Source: Candidatus Parcubacteria bacterium
Lineage (GTDB): Bacteria > Patescibacteriota > Minisyncoccia > Sungbacterales > SURF-37
Assembly (NCBI GenBank): GCA_003599755.1
Contig: QZJO01000009.1
Span: 22,140 to 86,139 of the forward strand
DNA: 64,000 nt
Direction of reading: 5' to 3'
The notes beneath the pieces are model-generated. The model was not told the DNA's origin, ran no database searches, and saw only the letters and a program-made list of their open reading frames with translations. Shown here one piece after another: positions 41,571 to 49,588 of the stretch (position 1 is the first letter of the stretch; the number at the start of each line of letters is the position of its first letter). A program made the position numbers and the translations under genes.

Positions 41571-42419
41571 GTGAACACGCTGCTCTTCGCCGACGCCCAG
41601 GTGTTTTCCGACCTCGCCCCGGAGCGCGACGACGCGCCGCTCCACTACGAGCAGGACCTCGCCTACGACACGGGCTTCTACCAGATCCGCAAGGCCATCG
41701 ACTGCGGCCTCTGGGGATCCGCGGAGCTGGACCTCAACCAGATGATCACCGCGGTGAACCAGCACGAGACTCCGGCCAGCCGCTTCGCGAAGCTCGAGTG
41801 GACCCCCGCGGTGCGCGGCGCCAAGACCGCCCTGCTCGCCGAGCGCGGCGTCCGGCCGATCCACATCGAGGAGTATGAGACGTGGTGCGCATGGCTCCCG
41901 CGCGCGAGCCGGTTCCCCGACGACGGGACGCGCGCGTGGACCTACCGCTTCGACTCCGTCCCCTTCTCGGTGCGCGAGGTGATCGCCGCGGCCATGCGGG
42001 CCGAGGCCTTCGAGTCGTTCGAGATCCGGTTCCCGGCCGAGCCCAAGGCGGTGGATCCGGTCCTGTTCGGGAAGATCGGACGCGTCGCCTACCTCATCGC
42101 GCGCTGGGGCGCGGAGCAGTTCCTCACGCTCGATCAGGTCCGGATGGGACTCGAAGCGCGGCAGCGGCATGACCGCCTGGACCAGTGGTGCAACCGCACC
42201 GTGAACAACGGGTCTGTCTTCCTCGGCGGCACCGTGGGCTCGGGCCTCGCGAGCGCGTTCATCAGCTTCGGTTTCCTCGGAGACCACCCGCTCCTGCTCC
42301 CCCTCGGCGTCCTCAGCGGCGTCGCCGCCGCGGCGGTCATGCTCAGCGTCGAGAAGCTCTTCTTCCGGAAGAAGATGGCAGCGATTCGCGCGGAATGCCC
42401 CTACGCGTTCGCGTCGTGA
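41571..42419 (+). CDS. Hypothetical protein with C-terminal 2TM
   Basis: AAGGAGG SD, strong GC3 bias; DPVLFG...YLIARWG. Confidence 0.8.
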   Translation: MNTLLFADAQVFSDLAPERDDAPLHYEQDLAYDTGFYQIRKAIDCGLWGSAELDLNQMITAVNQHETPASRFAKLEWTPAVRGAKTALLAERGVRPIHIEEYETWCAWLPRASRFPDDGTRAWTYRFDSVPFSVREVIAAAMRAEAFESFEIRFPAEPKAVDPVLFGKIGRVAYLIARWGAEQFLTLDQVRMGLEARQRHDRLDQWCNRTVNNGSVFLGGTVGSGLASAFISFGFLGDHPLLLPLGVLSGVAAAAVMLSVEKLFFRKKMAAIRAECPYAFAS

Positions 42420-42561
42420 AGCAGTAAGCGGCAAACGCCGCACCCGCCGGCTCGGGAACGTTCCCGAGCCGGCGAAATATTTTAAATAAAGGCCTGGCTT
42501 TGCTTGAACGCCGAATCGCGCAATAATGCGCAAAGAACCAGCCCTTACCAAGGAGGCCGCT

Positions 42562-42972
42562 ATGGCGTGGCACCACGTGCGCACCGCGGGCATCGCGCTC
42601 CTCGCCGTGCTTCTCTGGACGCATGCCAGCTGCTACTTCGCAGAGTTCCTGCATCTCGGCGTCATGGCAACGCTCGTCCCGGCGCTGTGGATCTGCATCC
42701 TGATCGCGGATCATCTTTGCTTCTATCGGAAGATCGCTGCGTCGCCACTCTCGGCTGCCCACCAGGATACCTATATGCGCGCGCCGACCATCATGATCGG
42801 AGCCATGATCGCGACCCTGGGCCTGTATCGCGTCGGTCTTTTCACGTATGCGGATATGGCGCGCACCGTGATCGCGGGCACGATCGTCATCGCGGCCATA
42901 CGCATCGGGTTCATCATCCACATGCGACGCGCAAAGCGGGATGCGTCCGCCGCGCTGCGACGGGTACGCTAA
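42562..42972 (+). CDS. Hypothetical 4TM protein
   Basis: AAGGAGG SD; hydrophobic. Confidence 0.7.
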   Translation: MAWHHVRTAGIALLAVLLWTHASCYFAEFLHLGVMATLVPALWICILIADHLCFYRKIAASPLSAAHQDTYMRAPTIMIGAMIATLGLYRVGLFTYADMARTVIAGTIVIAAIRIGFIIHMRRAKRDASAALRRVR

Positions 42973-43000
42973 CCGGAACATCCGGAACGGAGGGGAACCC

Positions 43001-43294
43001 ATGACCGAACAGGAGATCACGTTCTTCACGATCGGGCTTGTCGCGTTGGCCGGCGGACTCCTCATGACGCCGATCTTCATGGGCTTCGCGGTCGCTCGCC
43101 CGCTCCTGCTCGTCGCCGCGGGCTTCTGGGCCACCGTATTCGCGGTGTCCGCCGTGAGCGCCGCGATCCACTGGGACGGCCTGCAGCCCAAGGACATGCC
43201 CGGAATAATGGGAGGCCTCATTCCGTTTTCCGCCATATGCCTCGGCATCACCGGCTACAAGGCGTTTCGCGCGCGGAACAGAGAACTGGCGTAA
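43001..43294 (+). CDS. Hypothetical 3TM protein
   Basis: GGAGGGG SD; hydrophobic. Confidence 0.7.
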   Translation: MTEQEITFFTIGLVALAGGLLMTPIFMGFAVARPLLLVAAGFWATVFAVSAVSAAIHWDGLQPKDMPGIMGGLIPFSAICLGITGYKAFRARNRELA

Positions 43295-43309
43295 ACCACA
43301 CACTCGCGC

Positions 43310-43363
43310 AAGCCGCCCTGCGGCGGGAAGAATCCGCCACCGCAGTCGGCGGCTTCTTCTTTT
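43310..43363 (+). terminator. Terminator of the GGCTTCTT(C)TTTT family
   Basis: AAGCCGCC...GGCGGCTTCTTCTTTT. Confidence 0.75.
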
Positions 43364-43433
43364 GACTCAAATAAAAACCGGCCCGCCGAGTGCGATACTT
43401 TGCACCCAACGGGCCGTAGCTATATATCTCCTT

Positions 43434-44024
43434 TCATCGGCTATGCCGGGTGTGGAAGAACCGTTTCGTTTCGACGATGATCTGACGGCCGAGATCGGTC
43501 ACGCCGGCGGCGTTCTCATCCAGGTTCAGCGACAGCGCGCCTCCCTTGCCGGAATCGCTTTGCACCATGCCTTGCCCCGTGAGGAATCCGAGCGTCTCGC
43601 GCAGCGCCGTGCGGTTGATGGAAGGGAGCTTCAGCTGGCCGAGCTTCCGCTCGACGTTCTGCAGCACCGAGTCCTCTTTCAAGGCATGTCCGCCGGCGAA
43701 GATTCGCCGACTCCCCGGCCTGGCAAAGCCGTAGACCAGCACGAGCTGCACATGGATGTGCGGCACGGGCAAGGACGCGTCGAGCCGCAGCGCGCGGTGC
43801 GGCTCGAGCCGCTGAAACTGCTTCATCGCGGCCGCAGTCCGACGCGCTTCCTTCTTTTGCTGCCGCGCCACCCAGCGCAGGGTCTGGCGCTCGGCCTCGG
43901 CCAGTTCCGCCCGGAGCCGGTCGGAGTTCTCGAGGCCCACGCGGCGGACGATCTGCGCGAACCAGCCCATCTGGATCGAAGGATACAGCTCTCGCAGCTG
44001 CCGAAACTCGCGTTCGATGTCCAC
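43434..44024 (-). CDS. Hypothetical protein (possible C-terminal winged helix)
   Basis: AAGGAG SD before GTG; minus-strand TTGACA...TATACT promoter at about 44074-44098. Confidence 0.7.
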   Translation of the reverse strand: MDIEREFRQLRELYPSIQMGWFAQIVRRVGLENSDRLRAELAEAERQTLRWVARQQKKEARRTAAAMKQFQRLEPHRALRLDASLPVPHIHVQLVLVYGFARPGSRRIFAGGHALKEDSVLQNVERKLGQLKLPSINRTALRETLGFLTGQGMVQSDSGKGGALSLNLDENAAGVTDLGRQIIVETKRFFHTRHSR

Positions 44025-44108
44025 CGATGGTCTCCTTGTCGGGGTTTCGAAGATCTGAATCGCGCGGTAATTAGTATACTAAAATAGTTGATTTGTCAAT
44101 CTATGCCG

Positions 44109-44138
44109 TTGATAGCTGCTCTAGAAAATGCTTAGCTG
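44109..44138 (+). promoter_or_regulatory. Conserved promoter-like motif, copy 1
   Basis: TTGATA-N14-TGCTTAGCTG. Confidence 0.6.
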
Positions 44139-44222
44139 AGCACAGTTCCCCGCTCCTTTCCATTCCTCCTTCCCAGCCGGAAGTGCTGCCCGAACAACAC
44201 TTCCGCACTGGGAGGGAAACCT

Positions 44223-44681
44223 ATGCAAGAGGATCGATCGCTGCAACGAATCTCGCGCCGCGAAGCCCTAAAGTCAGCGCTGATCCAGCCAGGTATCGCG
44301 GCATTCGGCCTGGGCGTCGTCGCCGCCGTAATGGTTCTACTCGTGACCTCGCAGCCACTGGTGGCGAAGGTGCCGACGAGCTTCCTCGGCTATCCAGTGA
44401 CTATGCAGGACCTCGGTCGACTATGCGCCGTCGCGTTCTTCGTCCTGTCGCCACTGATGTTCATTCCATTCAGCTATCGCGACCTTCGGAAGAACTTCGT
44501 CCGGTGTCTGGAATGCGGCAAGCAACGATCACTTCATGCGATCGAACATCTCCGCGCCATGCGTCGGTGCGGGACCTGCCACCACGAGCTCCCGCCCCAG
44601 CTTCGATCGCAACCGCGAACCGGAGAAAAGCTATCGACCAACCAACTCATACTTCGGTACTTGCGAGCGCTCAATCGCTAG
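44223..44681 (+). CDS. Hypothetical 2TM protein with zinc ribbon
   Basis: CLECG...CGTC after two TMs. Confidence 0.7.
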   Translation: MQEDRSLQRISRREALKSALIQPGIAAFGLGVVAAVMVLLVTSQPLVAKVPTSFLGYPVTMQDLGRLCAVAFFVLSPLMFIPFSYRDLRKNFVRCLECGKQRSLHAIEHLRAMRRCGTCHHELPPQLRSQPRTGEKLSTNQLILRYLRALNR

Positions 44682-44701
44682 AACCTCGATAAGGAGGGGT
44701 C

Positions 44702-45070
44702 ATGGAAAAACTGATCGCCGCGATCTGGGGATTCACCCCTGACTGGTGGAGCTACGGCGACCCCACGGTGCGTACCATGGTGCTCGGCGTCGTGACGCTC
44801 ACGATCCTGATGGCCAGTGCCATGATCGGCATGGCCGTACTCGGACTCATCGCATATCTCCGGCGGCAACCGACCAGCTCTCGCCTAGTGAGACTCGAAC
44901 TCGCAATCTCTCTCGGGATGGTCGCGGGAGCCGCCATCATCCAGGTGCTTCCGCTTCATCTCGGTCCGCGCCTAGCCCTCACCATCGCGCTTCTCGCGCT
45001 CTGCCTCACCGCCACTGCGATCTATATTGCGGATGGGACCTCCAAGAGGAGGATATCCCATGAGCGCTGA
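44702..45070 (+). CDS. Hypothetical 3TM protein
   Basis: AAGGAGG SD; hydrophobic. Confidence 0.7.
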   Translation: MEKLIAAIWGFTPDWWSYGDPTVRTMVLGVVTLTILMASAMIGMAVLGLIAYLRRQPTSSRLVRLELAISLGMVAGAAIIQVLPLHLGPRLALTIALLALCLTATAIYIADGTSKRRISHER

Positions 45071-45227
45071 GACGCGCGAAGTCCTCTGCCTGATCTTCAT
45101 CCCGACTGCCAGCTTCGCGGCACTCTGGCTCGGGGTCGGCGCGCTCCTGTGGTTCAAGCCACACCTCTGGGACATCGCCGGCGATGCGGCAAAGTCCCCG
45201 CCGCTCGTCGAAGAGGAGATGCAATGA
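45060..45227 (+). CDS. Small single-TM protein (55 aa)
   Basis: GAGGAGG SD; overlaps both neighbours. Confidence 0.6.
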   Translation: MSAETREVLCLIFIPTASFAALWLGVGALLWFKPHLWDIAGDAAKSPPLVEEEMQ

Positions 45228-45739
45228 TGACCGACAAGCTCGTCGCGCTTCAGTTCAAAGATGAGCAGGGATTCGCGCGCGGCCTTGAAGCACTCGAAGC
45301 GCGAAGCGAGATTCCGTACTCGCTTCCCGGCAATCGAAACATCGCGCTGCCGACATCGGCACTGGGCTGGTTCGTGGCCGAGCTCCGACGTCTTTCCGTC
45401 AAATTCGAGGAGATTCCGGTGGTCGATGCCAGCGATCTTCCCGAAGGCAAGGCCGACCGGATCCGTCGGTCGGCGCGCGCATCCTCACCGCGCATGTTGA
45501 TTCGGGTTCGGAACGCAGAACGCCTGGCGCAGTTACTCCAGCTTCTCATTCGAACGGACTGTCCGTTCGTCTATCTCGGATCGGAGGAAGGCATCGTCGT
45601 CCGCTACGAGGACTGGACGCGATTCGTGCCCGATCAGTCCATGTTCGAGGGTTTCGAACATCGGGCCGTGTCCCAGATAACCCTCGACCTGCTCGCGATT
45701 CGAGGTAAGCCGCACCTCGCCGAGTTCCTCGGCATGTAA
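45224..45739 (+). CDS. Hypothetical protein with an apparent internal duplication
   Basis: AAGAGGAG SD; ATGA coupling to the upstream gene. Confidence 0.7.
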   Translation: MMTDKLVALQFKDEQGFARGLEALEARSEIPYSLPGNRNIALPTSALGWFVAELRRLSVKFEEIPVVDASDLPEGKADRIRRSARASSPRMLIRVRNAERLAQLLQLLIRTDCPFVYLGSEEGIVVRYEDWTRFVPDQSMFEGFEHRAVSQITLDLLAIRGKPHLAEFLGM

Positions 45740-45757
45740 TCGCCCACCGCCCGCACG

Positions 45758-45794
45758 GAAGCCCGCCGTGCATCGCGGCGGGCTTCTTCTTTTT
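45758..45794 (+). terminator. Terminator (same family)
   Basis: GAAGCCCGCCG-loop-CGGCGGGCTTCTTCTTTTT. Confidence 0.8.
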
Positions 45795-45801
45795 CGCCTT
45801 C

Positions 45802-45830
45802 TTGACGTCCCTGGCCGGCATGCTTAGCTG
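45802..45830 (+). promoter_or_regulatory. Conserved promoter-like motif, copy 2
   Basis: TTGACG-N13-TGCTTAGCTG. Confidence 0.65.
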
Positions 45831-45837
45831 GAGTCAG

Positions 45838-46296
45838 CGATTCCCCTTAAACAAAATCGTGCGTCAGCGACAATCCGTGGGACGGGTCGTGCCTGGAAGT
45901 ACACGCGTAACGACACAGCGCTATACTGCGCTGGGACCCGAGTAATCACTCGGCGAACACCCACCGCCGTGACGGGGCTCATCCTGGGAATCGCCCCAGA
46001 CGCAACGCAGCATGTAAATCGCGGCAGGCATGTGACGGTAGAGAGGGTGACCTATCGCCGTACTCGGAGAATCCTCACGGAGGCACGGGCTGATGCTCGT
46101 CGCTGCTGACGCACGAGGTCAATTGCGAGCTAACCGGCTCGCATCGCTGTGGCGCAGGCGTCGGAAATTACGCTGGCCTGATAGTATAGTGAGGGGCTCA
46201 TCCACCCTCTCCCTTCCTGGTCAGGTCCGCGGACTTGCCGCCGGCGCTTGCGCCACACTCGATCACCGCCACCTAGCAGAGGTGGCGGCTTCTTTT
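45838..46296 (+). ncRNA. Candidate large structured non-coding RNA (family not recognised)
   Basis: Lies between a promoter motif and a terminator; no credible ORF; many nested long-range stems (e.g. 45857-45868 with 46105-46116). Confidence 0.6.
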
Positions 46297-46303
46297 GCTC
46301 TTC

Positions 46304-46332
46304 TTGACGTTCCTGGCCAATGTGCTTAGCTG
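46304..46332 (+). promoter_or_regulatory. Conserved promoter-like motif, copy 3
   Basis: TTGACG-N13-TGCTTAGCTG. Confidence 0.65.
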
Positions 46333-46403
46333 AGCGCAGTTCTCCTTCCTCCCAGCCGAAAACGCCTCTCGCTCCGAGAGACCTTTCCGCCCTGGGAGGA
46401 AAA

Positions 46404-46802
46404 ATGCTCAGCCCTTCACAACTCTCTCAGATGCTTCGGTTTTCGACAGCCGGAGCCGCGACCGTTTCTCTGTACTACCTCCTGCTGGCTTTCCTGACGG
46501 AGGTGCTAGGGTTCTGGTACCTCACCTCATCCATCGCGGCGTTCCTGATTGGCTACGCAACGAACTTCACGCTCCAGAAACTCTGGACGTTCAAGGAACG
46601 CAGCACGCACGCGCTATCTCGCCAAGTCACTCTTCATCTCGCTCTTCAGTTCGGGAACCTCGTGCTCAACACGACCCTTCTGTATCTCCTCGTGGAATAC
46701 GGACAACTCTGGTACATCACCGCACAGCTCATCCTGACCGTTGCGCTATCCATCGAGAGCTACTTCGTTTCGCGATGGATCTTCGCTTCCGTTAGCCGGT
46801 GA
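46404..46802 (+). CDS. GtrA family membrane protein
   Basis: RFSTAGA...NFTLQKLWTFK...SRWIF. Confidence 0.88.
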   Translation: MLSPSQLSQMLRFSTAGAATVSLYYLLLAFLTEVLGFWYLTSSIAAFLIGYATNFTLQKLWTFKERSTHALSRQVTLHLALQFGNLVLNTTLLYLLVEYGQLWYITAQLILTVALSIESYFVSRWIFASVSR

Positions 46803-46850
46803 CCCTGTTCGTGTCGTCCCAAAACAACGCTTCCGCACTGGGAGGGAAAC

Positions 46851-47363
46851 ATGACGTATGATCCGTCGCTGCAGCCCATATCCCCCGATACAATGGCGAA
46901 CCTCAAGATGGTCAAGGGCGCCGTTCTCGACCTGGGGCGTATCCATCTTGTCGAGCTCACTCGCGTGGTCGAGAGTAAAGAGATAGTTACCGACTACAAA
47001 ACGAAAAACCGAGTCCTTGGAACGATTCGAGAATCGGTCGAGCAGATCGATGCAATGCTTGCCGCCATCGTCCGAGAGCTCGAAGCTGCGGGCAAACTCG
47101 CTGGAGCTGTCCGGCAAACGCTGGGAGTAATCGACGGGGTGCATGCGGTCTTCTTCGAAAGGGAAGGGCGCGTCACGCACATCTGGACGGTTCTCTCCGC
47201 CGATGATCGAAGTGTCGAGGAGGCGGTCTACGCAGGCGAGAGAAAGATTATCGACAAGCTCGGTAGCACGCCTCTCGACTTCCACCTCGTCGTCCGCGAC
47301 GGCCGGCCGCTCGACGAGCGCTTCCCCCGCGCAACGTGTCTCTATAAGCGAACACTCAGGTAA
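46851..47363 (+). CDS. Hypothetical protein with possible degenerate nucleotidyltransferase-like C-terminus
   Basis: GGGAGGG SD; VHAVFF...HIWTVL...LDFHLV...LYKR pattern. Confidence 0.65.
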   Translation: MTYDPSLQPISPDTMANLKMVKGAVLDLGRIHLVELTRVVESKEIVTDYKTKNRVLGTIRESVEQIDAMLAAIVRELEAAGKLAGAVRQTLGVIDGVHAVFFEREGRVTHIWTVLSADDRSVEEAVYAGERKIIDKLGSTPLDFHLVVRDGRPLDERFPRATCLYKRTLR

Positions 47364-47429
47364 CCGGTCATCGCTAGAGAAGAGTTCCCTAACTATACAG
47401 AGGGTGCTTCTCACCCTGAGGAGGAAGAT

Positions 47430-47837
47430 ATGACCATGGTTCAGCCCGTCCTGCAAGACGATCCGTTCGCAGCGCCTGCCTGGAACGCGAGCGGCGCAAT
47501 CCTCGCACTCGAGAAGTTGCGCAGCGGCGAGCAGTTGGACAACAACGACCGTCGAGCGATCACGAAGACCGAGGAGTTCCTCCGCTCGCTGCAATGGGGA
47601 GATGCTCAAGAAGACGACCTTTCAGACGAAGCCCGGCGCAACCAGGAGTTCTTGCTGAGAGCGAACCGCTTCCGACCTACACTGGATATCGTCAATCTCC
47701 ACCTTCAATTCGAGGCGCTGATCAGCCAGCTCGAGGCGTCCGCAGGTCTGAACGAGGAAGTTCTCGGCTTCGTCCCGCAGATGCAGGACACGCTTCTCGA
47801 CGTTCTCCATGTGCTCAACATCTGCCGGCAGCGCTGA
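47430..47837 (+). CDS. Hypothetical alpha-helical protein
   Basis: GAGGAGG SD; followed by a family terminator at 47868-47904. Confidence 0.7.
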   Translation: MTMVQPVLQDDPFAAPAWNASGAILALEKLRSGEQLDNNDRRAITKTEEFLRSLQWGDAQEDDLSDEARRNQEFLLRANRFRPTLDIVNLHLQFEALISQLEASAGLNEEVLGFVPQMQDTLLDVLHVLNICRQR

Positions 47838-47933
47838 AAAACCGAACGCCGTCGCCCGCGACGAGAAAGAAGCTCGTCACCCCGGGTGGCGGCTTCTTCT
47901 TTTTCGACGACGATCATAACGACTAGAAAAGAT

Positions 47934-48206
47934 TCAACCGACGACCGAAGTAGATACACCAGCCGAGGCCAGCGAAAAATAGAGTGCGTCGGCCACAGGG
48001 ATCACGCCGATCCGTCCAAGCATTATATTGCGCTCGTGATAAATCCACCAGCCGTCTGCTACTGCAACCTGCCCCCACACGCCCCACCACATCACCGCGA
48101 GAACCGCAAAGCCCAACAGCATGAAACGCTCAAAGGGCCGGACGCCTGATCGCCACCACATCAACAGCCCGATCAGTAGAAGGATGCCGTACGCGGCCAG
48201 ATTCAT
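47934..48206 (-). CDS. Lycopene-cyclase-domain (CrtYc/d-like) membrane protein
   Basis: W..AVADGWWIY....LGRIGVIPVADALYF. Confidence 0.6.
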   Translation of the reverse strand: MNLAAYGILLLIGLLMWWRSGVRPFERFMLLGFAVLAVMWWGVWGQVAVADGWWIYHERNIMLGRIGVIPVADALYFSLASAGVSTSVVG

Positions 48207-48469
48207 AACGTATTGCGCTTAGCCCAGATCAGGATCGCGGCGACATTGTAGAAGGCAAGGACGAACAACAGCATCTCTTCGATCGGAACCCCGGCGACTG
48301 TCGCGATAATCCGGTTGTTGGGGAAATTGCCGAGATAGCGAATCCAAAACGCATCGAAGATTGACCAGTAGAGAATAGTAACCGCGAGCACAGCCGCGCC
48401 CCGCCAAGTTAGGAGACGACGGCCGACCCGGAAATCGCCCGCCGCATCAAAGGCGATACTGATCGGCAA
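48203..48469 (-). CDS. Lycopene-cyclase-domain membrane protein (possibly 5'-truncated)
   Basis: WSIFDAFW...GVPIEEMLLF; ATGA overlap with its partner; weak TTG start. Confidence 0.6.
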   Translation of the reverse strand: MPISIAFDAAGDFRVGRRLLTWRGAAVLAVTILYWSIFDAFWIRYLGNFPNNRIIATVAGVPIEEMLLFVLAFYNVAAILIWAKRNTL

Positions 48470-48520
48470 TACAAAGCTGAAGCGGTCAACGCGCTGACCT
48501 ACCGTTCACACTGGTCGCCC

Positions 48521-48549
48521 TTGACCTCCCCCGCCAGCGTGCTTAGCTG
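48521..48549 (+). promoter_or_regulatory. Conserved promoter-like motif, copy 4
   Basis: TTGACC-N13-TGCTTAGCTG. Confidence 0.65.
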
Positions 48550-48601
48550 ATTTCAGATTCCTCCCCCAGGCGCTTCACTGCTTCAGCCCTTAAGGAGCAC
48601 C

Positions 48602-49204
48602 ATGATGAAAATCACAGTAGGTTCGACCAATCCCGCGAAGATCGCCCAGATACGGGACGCCTTGGCGCCGGCAGGAATCGATGTCCGGGGCATAACAGAC
48701 AAACGACTCCTTCCAGAAGTAATCGAAGACCAGCGAAGCGTGCAAGAAAACGCGAGAAAGAAAGCTCTTGCTTACGCCAAGGCGCTCGGAGAATTGGTGC
48801 TCTCAGTGGACAATGCACTATTTCTCGACGGTCTGCCTCCCGAGCAACAGCCGGGCATGTACGTGCGACGCATCGGCGGCCGAGAAGCCGCGACTGATAC
48901 CGATCTTCTTCGTCATGGCTCGGAGCTCGTGCAATCTCTCGGCGGTCGGACTACCGGCTACTGGGAATATGGGATCTGCGTCGCCAGCCCGGAGGGCAAG
49001 ACGTGGGAAACCACTATTCGAACTCCGCGAGTGTTCACGAGCGAGGCAAGTTCCGCGATCGTGCCCGGCTATCCGCTCGAGTCGATCCAAATCGATCCGG
49101 AAACTGGAAAGTACATCGCGGAGATGACCGCAGCGGAACAAGCTGCGTTCTGGCAGAGAACGCTCGGCGAGCCCCTCCGGAAGTTTTTCGAAGGCATCAG
49201 ATGA
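48602..49204 (+). CDS. Ham1/ITPase-like non-canonical NTP pyrophosphatase
   Basis: GSTNPAK, ENARKKA, SVDNALF, QPGMYVRR, GYPLES. Confidence 0.85.
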   Translation: MMKITVGSTNPAKIAQIRDALAPAGIDVRGITDKRLLPEVIEDQRSVQENARKKALAYAKALGELVLSVDNALFLDGLPPEQQPGMYVRRIGGREAATDTDLLRHGSELVQSLGGRTTGYWEYGICVASPEGKTWETTIRTPRVFTSEASSAIVPGYPLESIQIDPETGKYIAEMTAAEQAAFWQRTLGEPLRKFFEGIR

Positions 49205-49245
49205 AGCGACCCGCAGGCGCGCCAAACACGCCCATCGTTCGCACG

Positions 49246-49283
49246 GAAGCCCGCCGTCGCGTCAACGGTGGGCTTCTTCTTTT
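49246..49283 (+). terminator. Terminator (same family)
   Basis: GAAGCCCGCCGT...ACGGTGGGCTTCTTCTTTT; shares GCACGGAAGCCCGCCGT with the 45753 copy. Confidence 0.75.
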
Positions 49284-49299
49284 CGCTCAATCACTGATG

Positions 49300-49505
49300 T
49301 GCGCAGGGCAGGATTCCGGCGTTACGCGCCTAGAACCGTCGCGGCACGCGCACTCTGTGCGCTAACACCGCCTTTGAAACCTTGCGGTTTCAATACTTCC
49401 GCCATGGGGAAACTTCCGTTTCCCCCACCCCCCTTCCCGAGGTTCGAATCTTGCCCGTTCATCAAAGTAGACAGAACCCGCGAGGGGTCCAGTATACTTC
49501 GTTAA
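49300..49505 (-). mobile_element. Short non-coding element bounded by a duplicated tRNA-Tyr 3' end
   Basis: 17-bp direct repeat 49300-49316 = 49506-49522; inverted T-arm copy at 49440-49456. Confidence 0.55.
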
Positions 49506-49588
49506 TGCGCAGGGCAGGATTCGAACCTGCGTAGCCGTAAGGCGCCAGATTTACAGTCTGGTGTAATTGACCGCTCTACCACCTGCGC
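49506..49588 (-). tRNA. tRNA-Tyr(GTA)
   Basis: GCGCAGG acceptor, CCAGA-CTGTAAA-TCTGG anticodon arm, long variable arm, GGTTCGAATCC. Confidence 0.95.

Noticed and set aside
45838-46296. RNase P, tmRNA, group I or group II intron, or the 78-aa ORF 46093-46329
   Set aside because: No GAGGAAAGUCC, no tRNA-like ends, group I P/Q/R/S-like words out of order, no domain V; the ORF crosses a terminator and promoter
43310-49283. Hairpins as integron attC sites
   Set aside because: They lack the RYYYAAC...GTTRRRY ends, finish in T tracts like terminators, and no intI is present
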